In this document: positions 28,495 to 37,851 of the stretch, one piece after another
Layout of the letters: each line of letters opens with the position of its first letter
How positions within the stretch are numbered: the first letter of the stretch is position 1
NCBI GenBank assembly: GCA_026413765.1
Contig: JAOAKI010000014.1
Span: forward strand, 38,896-102,895
DNA from: Candidatus Micrarchaeota archaeon
GTDB lineage: Archaea; Micrarchaeota; Micrarchaeia; Anstonellales; Anstonellaceae
Direction of reading: 5' to 3'
Length of the DNA stretch: 64,000 bases
The notes under the pieces: generated by a model
What the model was told of the DNA's origin: nothing
Seen by the model: the letters and a program-made list of their open reading frames with translations, nothing else
The model's database searches: none
Made by a program: the position numbers and the translations under genes

Positions 28495-28679
28495 TTTTCC
28501 CTAATTTTTATTGCATATCGCCCAGCCAGCTTTGCGCCCAGCTTCTGTGCAATCTGCGATTTCTCCGGATCAATCACAATCAGCTGGCCAGAAAACTTCT
28601 CAGTAAGCTCGCTTGTCTGGCAAATAGGGCATTTGTCCTCTTCAGAAACTAAAAGTTTGCATTTTTTGCAAGCCTTCAT
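28491..28679 (-). CDS. spt4: transcription elongation factor Spt4 (RpoE'')
   Basis: 62 aa MKACKKCKLLVSEEDKCPICQTSELTEKFSGQLIVIDPEKSQIAQKLG; ATGA overlap with rpoE, the classical rpoE-spt4 pairing. Confidence 0.8.
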   Translation of the reverse strand: MKACKKCKLLVSEEDKCPICQTSELTEKFSGQLIVIDPEKSQIAQKLGAKLAGRYAIKIREK

Positions 28680-29242
28680 TTCTTCTCCTCCTTCTTCTTT
28701 TCTTGTTCCTTTGCAACCAGCCATTCGTCTTTGCCAAGACCTTCGGGCCTCATCGTAAGCCCAATCTTGCATTCTGGAATGCTTGGCTTGAGGCTAACGG
28801 TCGATATTTTTGCAAACACGCGGTCGCCTTTTTTAAGCGTTTTTTTGCTTTCTTTCCCAGTGAACGACATCGTCTTTTTGTTGTAGTTGAGGAAGTCATT
28901 TGCAATTTGCGAAAGATGGACAAGCCCTTCTATAGGGCCCAAAGACACAAATACTCCGAACTCCACGACTTCGGATACTTCAGATTCGACGATCTCGTTA
29001 ATTTGTGGCAGGTATGTCAGCGCTTCAAACTCAACTTCGTAATAAGCCGCATTGTCCCCAGGCACAACCAAGCCATCTCCAGTCGCCTTTGCGTTCCAGA
29101 CAGCAAGTATTATTCCCGCATCCTTGTCCACCCTTCTTTCATACTGTTCGCGCAATATCTGCGTCAAAGCATCCTCTAGCTTCATCGAAAAAAACTGTGG
29201 AGGAAGGCGAATCTTGTCTCTGCATTTCAGTACGTAATACAT
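28676..29242 (-). CDS. rpoE: DNA-directed RNA polymerase subunit E' (Rpb7 homolog) with S1 domain
   Basis: N-terminal MYYVLKCRDKIRLPPQFF and a C-terminal S1-like fold. Confidence 0.8.
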   Translation of the reverse strand: MYYVLKCRDKIRLPPQFFSMKLEDALTQILREQYERRVDKDAGIILAVWNAKATGDGLVVPGDNAAYYEVEFEALTYLPQINEIVESEVSEVVEFGVFVSLGPIEGLVHLSQIANDFLNYNKKTMSFTGKESKKTLKKGDRVFAKISTVSLKPSIPECKIGLTMRPEGLGKDEWLVAKEQEKKKEEKK

Positions 29243-29360
29243 AAAGACACCATTTAAGTTAAAGGCAAGACAGGTTGCTATTTTCGCAAAAAAGGTTTAA
29301 AATAGCCTCACTTGCAAGCCAATCAAGAACATGTTTCCCCTGCACATGCGCCTTACCATG

Positions 29361-30203
29361 TCATGCCTTTTCGTAAATTTTTTTGAGCTTCAAGGCGTCT
29401 TTCTCAAGCAGTGGGGATTCGCAAATCACTCTCCCGCTCCAGCCATTCTCTTTCCAAGCTTTTGCAAGCTGCTCAAACGGCGGGGAGTTTGAAGATACTT
29501 CAAGATGGTTTTTCTCGCCTTTTGGCGTGAATTCAATGCCTGAAAAATGGCAATGGAAATCTTTCGCCGCTTTTGAGCCAAGCCTTTTTTCGACTTCATG
29601 AAGGACCTTCTCGTATTGGCTTTTGCTTTCAAGCCTTGCTTCTCTTGCATGGTAGTGGGCATAATCTATGACAGGCATCACCTTATCTATCCCAAAATGC
29701 TCTGCCAGATCAATTATTTCATCAAGCGACCCATAGGCAGACGGCTTGCCGGTAAGTTCTGCTCCAAGCGCAACCCCTCTTATTTTGAGCTCTTCCATCC
29801 TATCCAAGCAAAGCTGGTAGGTCTGAATCACCTGCTTTCTGCATTCTTGCTGCGGCCTTCCCATGTAATAGCCGCTGTGAATCACTACTGGCGAGGCGCC
29901 AAGCCAAAATGCTGCCTGCGCGCTTGAGACGATATGCCGTATGCTTGCCTGGATTTTGTGTTCCTCCTTTGCGCAGCAATTTATGTAATAGGGAGCATGG
30001 CAAGAAAGGCGCACTTTGTTTTCTTCCGCAGCCGTCCTTACTTCCTTTGCGGCCTGCTGCGACATTTTCACTCCGTATACAAACTCCACTTCCATCGCTC
30101 CAAGCCCAATATTCCTGCAATACATTACGCCTTCTGTTGTATCCCCATTTTTCTCCAAAATGGCAATAGGTATGCCTGCAGGCCCAAACTCGACATCCCC
30201 CAT
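29361..30203 (-). CDS. xylose-isomerase-like TIM-barrel protein (AP endonuclease family 2 / endonuclease IV-like)
   Basis: Metal-site-like motifs (SCHAPYYIN, HSGYY, IDYAHY); start MGDVEFGPAGIP chosen to avoid overlapping sufU. Confidence 0.5.
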   Translation of the reverse strand: MGDVEFGPAGIPIAILEKNGDTTEGVMYCRNIGLGAMEVEFVYGVKMSQQAAKEVRTAAEENKVRLSCHAPYYINCCAKEEHKIQASIRHIVSSAQAAFWLGASPVVIHSGYYMGRPQQECRKQVIQTYQLCLDRMEELKIRGVALGAELTGKPSAYGSLDEIIDLAEHFGIDKVMPVIDYAHYHAREARLESKSQYEKVLHEVEKRLGSKAAKDFHCHFSGIEFTPKGEKNHLEVSSNSPPFEQLAKAWKENGWSGRVICESPLLEKDALKLKKIYEKA

Positions 30204-30207
30204 AATC

Positions 30208-30612
30208 TCACTTTTCTGCAAGATATTTGTATAACGCCAGCTTGAAAGCCTTGAGCGGCAAAAGTGCACACCCAAGCCGCGCAGGGCCTGGGTCTATCCC
30301 AATCAGCGACAAGACAAGCCTTTTGTCTGCTTTTTTTGCATTCTGCAGGCTTTCTCCCTTGACCCTTTCAGAAAGCATGGAAGCCGAAGCAGTGCATATT
30401 GCGCACGCCTGCGCTTGCCAGCCGATTTTTGCTATTTTCTTTCCCTCAACTTTTATCCACACCTTTATCCTGTCGCCGCACAATGGATTGTGCTCCTCTG
30501 CTTCAGTCGAGAAATCCTCAAGCTTCTCAAAATTTCGTGGACGCTTGTAATGCTCTATTATGTTTTCCCTATACAAGTCAGCGTTTTCCATTATCCAAGC
30601 CTCGCAAGGCAT
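30208..30612 (-). CDS. sufU: Fe-S cluster assembly scaffold SufU/IscU (NifU-N family)
   Basis: HYKRPRNF, NPLCGD, ACAICTASAS motifs; the alternative start at 30591 abuts the sufS stop. Confidence 0.8.
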   Translation of the reverse strand: MPCEAWIMENADLYRENIIEHYKRPRNFEKLEDFSTEAEEHNPLCGDRIKVWIKVEGKKIAKIGWQAQACAICTASASMLSERVKGESLQNAKKADKRLVLSLIGIDPGPARLGCALLPLKAFKLALYKYLAEK

Positions 30613-31808
30613 TTCTTTGCGGCATCCACCAGCCGTTCTGCCTCATTTTGGGTGTTGTAAAGATAAAAGCTTGCGCGGCAACTGGCAGCGGTTCCAAGAA
30701 GCTGCAAAAGCGGCTGAGCGCAATGGTGCCCTGCCCTGATGCATATTGCCTCTTGGTTTGCGAATTCTGCCACGTCGTGGGCATGTATTTTTTTGAGGTT
30801 GAACGAAACCAACCCAATCTCTTTTCGCGACGGACCGTACACTTCAGCTCGGCTGATGCGCCCTATTTCCTCCGCAAAGAAATCCGCAAGCTTTTGGGCA
30901 TGCCGCTGGATATTTTTCATCCCTATTTTTTGGACATAATCAATTGCGGCTGCAAGCCCAATTGCGCCTGCGACATTTTGAGTACCAGCCTCGAACTTCT
31001 TCGTGGATTCCGCAAACTCTGTCTTTTGGAGAGTGACTGATTTTATCATGTTCCCTCCAAACAAGAATGGCGGCAAGCACTCATGGAGCTCTTTCCTGAT
31101 GTAAAGAACCCCGATTCCCATCGGCCCGCATATCTTATGCCCTGAAAACGCAAGAAAATCGCACCCAATCTCTTTCACATCTACCTTCAGGTGGGGCACG
31201 CTTTGCGCAGCATCAACGCAGCTGTAAGCCCCGCCTTTTTTTGCTATTTTGCAAAGCCTTTTTGCGTCATTTGCGCTCCCAAGAACATTTGAGGCATGAA
31301 TGAACGAGAAAATGAAAGGCTGCTTGCCCATTTTTTCTTGCGCATCCTCATAATCAATCTGCCAGTCAGAAAGCGAAATTTCTGCATAATCAATCTCTAT
31401 TCCAAGCTCTTTTGCCTTTGCCTGCCAGGGGACAATGTTGCTGTGGTGCTCCATTTTCGAAAGCAGGATGCCCCTCTTTTCTTTCGCAGCAAGGCTGCAG
31501 GCCATAGTCGCAACCGCATTGAGCGCTTCAGTAGTGTTTCTTACAAATATGATTTCGCTTGCGTCCGCATTGATGAATTTAGCAACCTTTTTGCGCGCAT
31601 TCTCGTACAGCTCGGTTGCCTCTTGCGAAAGAAAATGCGCGGAGCGATGCACATTGGCATTGCTGCTTTTGTAGTATTCTGCAATCGCATTGATTACCGC
31701 AAGCGGCTTTTGGGTGGTTGCTGCATTGTCAAGATATGCTATCTTTTTCCCATTTACCTTTCTTTTGAGGATGGGGAAATCTTGCCTTACTTTCTCAACG
31801 TCAATCAT
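30591..31808 (-). CDS. sufS: cysteine desulfurase SufS
   Basis: PLP-lysine region SGHKICGPMGIGVLY, C-terminal RAGHHCAQP; start MIDVEKVRQDFPIL. Confidence 0.9.
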   Translation of the reverse strand: MIDVEKVRQDFPILKRKVNGKKIAYLDNAATTQKPLAVINAIAEYYKSSNANVHRSAHFLSQEATELYENARKKVAKFINADASEIIFVRNTTEALNAVATMACSLAAKEKRGILLSKMEHHSNIVPWQAKAKELGIEIDYAEISLSDWQIDYEDAQEKMGKQPFIFSFIHASNVLGSANDAKRLCKIAKKGGAYSCVDAAQSVPHLKVDVKEIGCDFLAFSGHKICGPMGIGVLYIRKELHECLPPFLFGGNMIKSVTLQKTEFAESTKKFEAGTQNVAGAIGLAAAIDYVQKIGMKNIQRHAQKLADFFAEEIGRISRAEVYGPSRKEIGLVSFNLKKIHAHDVAEFANQEAICIRAGHHCAQPLLQLLGTAASCRASFYLYNTQNEAERLVDAAKKCLARLG

Positions 31809-32946
31809 CGCCCACACCTTTGCATGCAGCCTCAATAGCCTTCGAGACGCTTCTTTCAGCCTTTTCTTTGGAAAACTCCCCAATTTTGTTCAATATTTCG
31901 CCTGCAAACCCCTCCACAATCGCCTTTCTTGCCTCGGCAGGCTTTATTCCTCTGCTTTGCAGATAAAACAGCTGGTCTTCATCCACTGTCGAGACAGTTG
32001 AACCATGCCCTGCAAGAACCTGGTTGTTGTGCACATAAAGCTGAGGCGAGATGTGGCACAAGGCGCGATTTGATAGCATCAGGGCATTTGCCGCAAAATG
32101 CGTGTCCGCCTCTGCGGCACTGTGGTCAATCGAGACTCCTCCTTGAATGCGTGTTGTTGATGAGCCAGCGGAAATATATCGCAGAACCATTCTTGAAAAC
32201 GTTTTTTTGGCAAGATGATAGAGGCGCACCTTTCTTTCTATTTTCTGCCTCTTGTTTGCAACCGATATCTCATATCTTTCGCAGCGGCTGCCTTGCTTTT
32301 GCTGCACTATTGCTTCCTCCTCTTTCCTGGAAGCGCAGCCTATATTTGAGCTGGCCATCTTCAGCTTGCTTTCTTCGCCAATCACCGCAAGCATCCCGCT
32401 TTCAGCTTTGCTGCTCATCTTCTCATTCTGCACAAAGAAAGCCTCAACGCACGCACCGTTTCCCACTGCCAACATCCTGGCTTCCTGTAGCTGCGCAGAG
32501 CCAGATAGATTTTCGACAACTATCTGGGATGAAGCGCCGTCCTCAAAAAGAAAAAAGCTAGCGAAATATTGTGGCGGCTTTTCGCAGATGCGGATGCTTA
32601 TTTTGGATTCGCCTTCCCCTGCCGCCACCACGAAAGCATCCGTAAATAAAGCAAACGAAAGCAGATAGTCGTCTGGCGCATAGCTGAGCATCTGCGCGCC
32701 AAGCTGCTCCCTTAGCGCACCGCCCCTCCTTAATGCCTCTTCAATAGAAACGACTGCGCAGTTGCCACTCCAGTTTGCCCTAATGCAAGCCTCTCCCTTT
32801 GTCATTTCAAAATCAACTATCGTCGCCTTTCCTTTCCTTTTTTGCAGCAAATAGGCTGCCTGCAGCCTTTTTTCAAGCAGCCACTGTGGCTCGCCCAAGA
32901 AATAGGAAATTCGGCGAACCTGCTCTTCAATCGGCAAAGAATTCAT
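31801..32946 (-). CDS. sufD: Fe-S cluster assembly protein SufD
   Basis: SufB/D-family C-terminal region; sits between sufB and sufS. Confidence 0.75.
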   Translation of the reverse strand: MNSLPIEEQVRRISYFLGEPQWLLEKRLQAAYLLQKRKGKATIVDFEMTKGEACIRANWSGNCAVVSIEEALRRGGALREQLGAQMLSYAPDDYLLSFALFTDAFVVAAGEGESKISIRICEKPPQYFASFFLFEDGASSQIVVENLSGSAQLQEARMLAVGNGACVEAFFVQNEKMSSKAESGMLAVIGEESKLKMASSNIGCASRKEEEAIVQQKQGSRCERYEISVANKRQKIERKVRLYHLAKKTFSRMVLRYISAGSSTTRIQGGVSIDHSAAEADTHFAANALMLSNRALCHISPQLYVHNNQVLAGHGSTVSTVDEDQLFYLQSRGIKPAEARKAIVEGFAGEILNKIGEFSKEKAERSVSKAIEAACKGVGDD

Positions 32947-34376
32947 CCGACCGAGCCCTCCATCTCAAGCTCTATCAGGCGATTCAGCTCAACTGCATAT
33001 TCCAAAGGCAGCTCTTTGACAATGGGCTCTATGAAGCCACGGACTATCATCGCCAAAGCTTCTTCCTGCGTTATCCCTCTGCTTTGCAGATAAAACAGCT
33101 GGTCCTCCGAAATCCTCCCTACGAAGGCTTCATGCCCTACTGTTGCGTGCTTGGTCCTGATGTCCATCACAGGGACAGTTTCAGCTTTAGATATGTCGTC
33201 TGCCATCATGCTGTCGCAGCGCACATTGCATTTTGCGCCTCGCGCTTTCTTTGAAATATGCACCAGCCCACGGTATCTGACAACGCCGCCAAAACGGCAT
33301 ATGCTTTTGCTTAACACCTTGCTGCACGTGTCTTCTGCCAAATGGATGACTTTCGCGCCAGTGTCTTTTACTTGCTTTTCTCCTGCAAGCGCAATTGACA
33401 GGTGCTCCGCCCTTGCTCCTCTTCCTACAAGGACACTGCAAGGATAAAGCATTGTAGTGCCAGAGCCAAGCGTCCCTGATACCCACTCCATGATTGCGTT
33501 CTCCTCGACAATCGCCCTTTTTGTATTCAAGTTATATACATTCTTGCTCCAATTCTGTATCGAGGTGTACCTTACTCTGCTTCCTTTCTTTGCGAATATT
33601 TCCACAACTGCAGAATGGAGAGAATTTTTTGTGTAATGGGGCGCAGAACAGCCTTCAATATATTGGACCTGGCTTCCTTCTTCGGCGATTATGAGCGTAT
33701 GCTCAAACTGCCCAAATCCAGGATAGTTCATCATGAAATATATCTGAAGCGGCTGTGGCACGCTGACTCCTGCAGGAACATAGACAAAGCTGCCTCCTGA
33801 CCAAAATGCCCCGTGCAGCGCGGCAAACTTGTTGTCAGACGGAGGCACACATTTTGTCATGAAATATTTCTTCACGATTTCTGGGTATTCTTGCACCGCG
33901 CTGTCCATGTCCATAAAAATGACACCGAGGCTATCAAGCTCTTTTTTGAGCTTCTTGTAAAGAACCTCGGAATCGTATTGCGCCGAAACACCAGCCAAAA
34001 ATTTCCTTTCGGCTTCCGGTATGCCAAGTCTCTCAAAAACCTCCTTTATGCTTTGAGGCACGCTATCCCAGCTTTCTGCGACCGCAAAGCCCTCTTTTCC
34101 TTTTGGCCTCACAAACCCCACTATGCTGCCGAAGTCAAGGCCGCCCAGGTCAGGCCCCCACTTTGGAATGGGCTTCTTCTCAAAAATTTTGAAGGATTCT
34201 ATTCTTTTCTTCCTCATCCAATCTGGCTCGCCTTTAACATCAGAAATCTCATTGACAAGCTCTAATGTCAGCCCCTGGTGCTTTGCTTTATAGGCAACGT
34301 TGAGCTTGTCGTTCTCTGTGGGCTCCTGGCGCAGCAGCGCATCTTTCCCGTATTCGCTTAGGATTTTTTCATCCAT
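32943..34376 (-). CDS. sufB: Fe-S cluster assembly protein SufB
   Basis: 477 aa, conserved SufB core (..RGARAEHLSIALAGEKQ..EDQLFYLQSRGI). Confidence 0.9.
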   Translation of the reverse strand: MDEKILSEYGKDALLRQEPTENDKLNVAYKAKHQGLTLELVNEISDVKGEPDWMRKKRIESFKIFEKKPIPKWGPDLGGLDFGSIVGFVRPKGKEGFAVAESWDSVPQSIKEVFERLGIPEAERKFLAGVSAQYDSEVLYKKLKKELDSLGVIFMDMDSAVQEYPEIVKKYFMTKCVPPSDNKFAALHGAFWSGGSFVYVPAGVSVPQPLQIYFMMNYPGFGQFEHTLIIAEEGSQVQYIEGCSAPHYTKNSLHSAVVEIFAKKGSRVRYTSIQNWSKNVYNLNTKRAIVEENAIMEWVSGTLGSGTTMLYPCSVLVGRGARAEHLSIALAGEKQVKDTGAKVIHLAEDTCSKVLSKSICRFGGVVRYRGLVHISKKARGAKCNVRCDSMMADDISKAETVPVMDIRTKHATVGHEAFVGRISEDQLFYLQSRGITQEEALAMIVRGFIEPIVKELPLEYAVELNRLIELEMEGSVG

Positions 34377-34385
34377 CTTGACACC

Positions 34386-35123
34386 TCAAATGCTTCTGTA
34401 TACCCACTGATACCCTTCTTCTTCAAGCTTGTGGGCAAGGCGCTGGTCACCTGAAAGGATGATTTTGCCGTCCCTCATGACATGCACAGCATCCACCTTC
34501 AACCCTTTCAATATTCGCGCATAATGCGTCACTATAAGCATAGAGCTTTGCGGGGTTATCAGTTTTTCAAGCATCTTTGAGATTTTGGAAATAGCATCGA
34601 CATCAAGTCCCGAGTCAAGCTCATCAAGCAGCGCCAAACGCGGCTCCAATACCGCCAGCTGCAATATCTCGCTTCTTTTCTTTTCCCCGCCAGAAAATCC
34701 CTCGTTTATCCCTCTCTTTGCCAAAGCAGCCTCCATTCCAAGCATCGCCATTTTCTCGTTTAATATTTTCTCAAATTCGAATGGCGAGATTTCCCTGCCA
34801 AACCTTGCGGCATATGCCCTGCGAAGAAAAGAAGCAAGTGGCACGCCTGGAACTTCGTTGGGCGACTGGAATGCCATCAGAAGCCCAAGTGATGCTCTTT
34901 CATGCGGCTTCAGCCTGAAAAGATCTTTCCCATCAAAGACCGCTTTTCCGCTGACTTTATATTTGGGGTGGCCTGCCAAGGCAGAAAGAAGGGTGGATTT
35001 GCCAGAGCCGTTCTGCCCCATTATCACATGGACTTCTCCAGCGTTGATATCAAGGGAGATGCCTTTGACTATCTTCAAATCTCCGACAGAAACCTCAACA
35101 TCTCTCAGCGAAAGCAATGCCAT
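34386..35123 (-). CDS. sufC: Fe-S cluster assembly ATPase SufC
   Basis: Walker A GQNGSGKST, ABC signature FSGGEKKR, Walker B LALLDELDSGLD. Confidence 0.9.
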   Translation of the reverse strand: MALLSLRDVEVSVGDLKIVKGISLDINAGEVHVIMGQNGSGKSTLLSALAGHPKYKVSGKAVFDGKDLFRLKPHERASLGLLMAFQSPNEVPGVPLASFLRRAYAARFGREISPFEFEKILNEKMAMLGMEAALAKRGINEGFSGGEKKRSEILQLAVLEPRLALLDELDSGLDVDAISKISKMLEKLITPQSSMLIVTHYARILKGLKVDAVHVMRDGKIILSGDQRLAHKLEEEGYQWVYRSI

Positions 35124-35129
35124 CCTTTC

Positions 35130-35459
35130 TCACCTTGCACAAATCAGGCATGGGTTTTTTGCCTTTCGGCTTTCTTTTTTTGCAAGCGCGATTATCTTCG
35201 CAATCTCAACATCGACCTTGCCTGCCTTGGCGCCCTTTTGCACCAGCTTTTTTGCAAGCGCAAGGCATGCTTGGCGCGCTTTTTGCGAAATCCGCCAGTT
35301 GCCTCTTTTGCCGCTTATGTATTGGGATACTGCCGCCTCGGTAGTCCCAAGGACCTTTGCAATAAACTCTCTCTTTGCGCCTTGCTTTTCCATCCCGATC
35401 GCCAGCTGCCTTGAGATAGCCGGCAGTATCTTCCAATAGACTTTTGAGCATGGCAACAT
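35130..35459 (-). CDS. small XRE-type HTH transcriptional regulator immediately upstream of sufC
   Basis: HTH FIAKVLGTTEAAVSQYISGKRG; 7-nt gap to sufC. Confidence 0.45.
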   Translation of the reverse strand: MLPCSKVYWKILPAISRQLAIGMEKQGAKREFIAKVLGTTEAAVSQYISGKRGNWRISQKARQACLALAKKLVQKGAKAGKVDVEIAKIIALAKKESRKAKNPCLICAR

Positions 35460-35499
35460 GCAAAAATAACAATTGTTAAACTTAAATAGCTATCAACAC

Positions 35500-36114
35500 T
35501 TACTTAAAGACTCTGCCCGTCTGCATTGACCAAAGCAGCAAATCCATCTCTTCCATCGGTATCTTTTTTCTTCTGCAGAAATCAAGCATCCTTTGCTCTA
35601 TTTCCTCATATTTTCTTTTTGTCAGCGAGCGAGGCATGCTTATTACCTGGTATTCTGAAAGCTTGTGCAAGATATGCCTGTCAATTATTGCTATCTTTTC
35701 GCCTCTTCCGACATTCCTCAAATAGTGGCTTGCCTCTTTCAAACCAATCCCTTTTATCGTATTTACCAGCGCCTGGCGGGCTTTTTTGCTGTCCTGCTGG
35801 AAAGTCATCTTTTTCAGCTTTCGAATATGCTTTCTTGCCTCAACCAAATAGCGCGCCTTTTTGTTGTGGAATCGCGCCTTTCCCCTGAGTATGGCCGCAA
35901 CTTGCTCTTCGCTGCCCTCAAAAAGAAGACCCTTGTTTTTGAGCTCTTTGACTGCCTCGTCACAAAGCAATGCGTTGCTTTGGGGCGTAAGCATGCAAAA
36001 TGCCAGTTCCTCAAAAAGGCGCTTTGCGCCGGCTTTCTGAAGTTTTCTGAACTCAGCAAGCCTCTTTTTTATCTGCTGCTTCCTCTTTTTGTATTCTGCT
36101 GAAATGTCAGCCAT
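35500..36114 (-). CDS. ogg: N-glycosylase/DNA lyase, archaeal Ogg2-type 8-oxoguanine glycosylase (HhH-GPD)
   Basis: HhH motif IKGIGLKEASHYLRNVG followed by the catalytic IIDRH; ~205 aa. Confidence 0.6.
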   Translation of the reverse strand: MADISAEYKKRKQQIKKRLAEFRKLQKAGAKRLFEELAFCMLTPQSNALLCDEAVKELKNKGLLFEGSEEQVAAILRGKARFHNKKARYLVEARKHIRKLKKMTFQQDSKKARQALVNTIKGIGLKEASHYLRNVGRGEKIAIIDRHILHKLSEYQVISMPRSLTKRKYEEIEQRMLDFCRRKKIPMEEMDLLLWSMQTGRVFK

Positions 36115-36655
36115 CTTTCCACTCCAACTTTCCGTGGCCTGGGCAAAGAAGACGGTAGGGTATTTTTTCGATCAATGCCAAACTTTCAAGCAAGGCCTTT
36201 TCGTTCCCTCCCAAGTCGGTTCTTCCAACCATCCCTTCGGCAAACTTCGTATCGCCTGAAAATAAAAGCCCAGTGCCTTTGTCATATATGCAAATGCTTC
36301 CTTCAGTGTGGCCGGGAGTATGATAAAATTCAAGAAGATGGGCTCCAAATTTCAATGGTTTCATCGGGTTCGGCTTTGCGTTTTTCGGAATCCTCACATA
36401 AGGCCCTGAAAACGAGAACTCTTTTTCATGAAGCAAAACATTTTTCCATCCAGGGCGGACGCCGCCCGTGTGGTCAAAATGTCCATGCGTTAAAATGCAC
36501 AAATCAGGCTCAAGAGGCACTTCTGTTTTTTCATCTCCAGCATCAATCAGGATTTTCCCAAGCTCGTTTTCTATCAAATAGATGTTGCTGCACAGTCTAC
36601 CCTCAAAACTCAGCAGGTAAGTCTCATGCGCTATTTTTTTGAGCAAAAGATTCAC
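36107..36655 (-). CDS. metallo-beta-lactamase-fold hydrolase (glyoxalase II-like)
   Basis: THGHFDHTGG and HTPGHTEGS motifs. Confidence 0.65.
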   Translation of the reverse strand: MNLLLKKIAHETYLLSFEGRLCSNIYLIENELGKILIDAGDEKTEVPLEPDLCILTHGHFDHTGGVRPGWKNVLLHEKEFSFSGPYVRIPKNAKPNPMKPLKFGAHLLEFYHTPGHTEGSICIYDKGTGLLFSGDTKFAEGMVGRTDLGGNEKALLESLALIEKIPYRLLCPGHGKLEWKDG

Positions 36656-37422
36656 CTTATCGTCATGTTGCCGGAAGGCAATATCGCAAGAACTTCTTCA
36701 TACTCCGCGCCAAGCAATTTTGCAATCTGCCTTGCAGCCTGTCCCTTTTCAGCCCCGCCAGGATAAATCACAATCGGCATCGTTTGTGCATCTTTGTGGC
36801 AAGCAGGCAAACATAAAACCCTCTTTCCATCCAACCCAATTGCAAGCGCAAGCTGCGTTTTGTGGAACCATTCTCTCTTCCCTTCTATCGCAAATGCGCC
36901 TTTTCCCACATACCCTTTGTGCGCTGTCTTTGAAAGCTGGCTTTTTTGCACGCAATAGACATCGACTGCGGCAGCCCCTATCTTCCAGGCAGAAGAGTGC
37001 GACGCCGCAAATTGCGCGGCTTCCTTTTTTTCTTGCTCGGAAGCGTTTTTTCCATCAACCAAAATGGTGGCAGGTGCGCCCTGTATGTCTGCATGGAAAA
37101 ACAAATCGCCGTCAGTCATCACCGAAGCGACAAGATGGTCGTTCTGGGCAGCATCTCTCCCAGCCAAAACCAGCCGTTTTCCAGAAGTGAAAAACCAATG
37201 GTATTTTTCATACCATTCTTTCTTCCTTTTCATTTTTGGCTCGATTTTCTCATCTTTGCGCAACGAGGCTGCCTTCTCAAGCTCTTCTTGCGTCTTTCTC
37301 AAAGCTTCCTTTGCCCCTTCAATTTTTTTGGCTATGCTTTTTGCAAGCTCAAAATAATGCGAAGCATTCCCCTGCGCATCCTTCCGCAAATCCAGCTTTA
37401 TCTTCATCAGCATAGCGTTCAA
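36652..37422 (-). CDS. stand-alone NFACT-R (DUF814) domain protein, Rqc2/NEMF C-terminal homolog
   Basis: ..GDLFFHADIQGAPATILV.. region typical of NFACT-R; no NFACT-N/HhH part upstream. Confidence 0.5.
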   Translation of the reverse strand: MNAMLMKIKLDLRKDAQGNASHYFELAKSIAKKIEGAKEALRKTQEELEKAASLRKDEKIEPKMKRKKEWYEKYHWFFTSGKRLVLAGRDAAQNDHLVASVMTDGDLFFHADIQGAPATILVDGKNASEQEKKEAAQFAASHSSAWKIGAAAVDVYCVQKSQLSKTAHKGYVGKGAFAIEGKREWFHKTQLALAIGLDGKRVLCLPACHKDAQTMPIVIYPGGAEKGQAARQIAKLLGAEYEEVLAILPSGNMTIR

Positions 37423-37469
37423 CCTTTATAGTTTAAAAATTGTTTTTATAAAAGGAAATCGGTGGAATA

Positions 37470-37799
37470 ATGCGTACCTTGAGATTAGTGTTTCTCATAT
37501 TCCTTGCACTCTCATCCATCTTATTTGCATCTCAGCAACCAACCCAAAAGCTCAAGGACGCCTTGCAGCAGCTGTGTGTTGGCGTGAGGGACCTGATTCC
37601 AGTGGCGGCAATGACGATGGTTCTTCTTGCCGCAGTTATCTATGCGACAGGGCAGATGATGGGGGCAGAAACCCGAGCAAGGGCAAACGTTTGGGCAACT
37701 TCTTGCCTTACAGGGGCGCTCATAGGAATATTGATAGCAGTGATTGCCCCTTCAATCCTAACTAACCTTGCCCCCCCAGGAACGCAAGTCAACTGCTAA
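37470..37799 (+). CDS. small secreted two-helix membrane protein resembling VirB2/TrbC conjugative pilin (CedA1/TedC-like?)
   Basis: Signal peptide, then two hydrophobic helices separated by a short charged loop (..AAMTMVLLAAVIYATGQMMGAETRARANVWATSCLTGALIGILIAVIAP..), 109 aa. Confidence 0.35.
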   Translation: MRTLRLVFLIFLALSSILFASQQPTQKLKDALQQLCVGVRDLIPVAAMTMVLLAAVIYATGQMMGAETRARANVWATSCLTGALIGILIAVIAPSILTNLAPPGTQVNC

Positions 37800-37851
37800 A
37801 AAATCAGCGCTGCCTCTTGTTTTTAAAGCTTCATAGCCAACTTCCACAACT

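Noticed and set aside
34585-35439. 284-aa + strand ORF
   Set aside because: Antisense to sufC and the HTH gene; no motifs.
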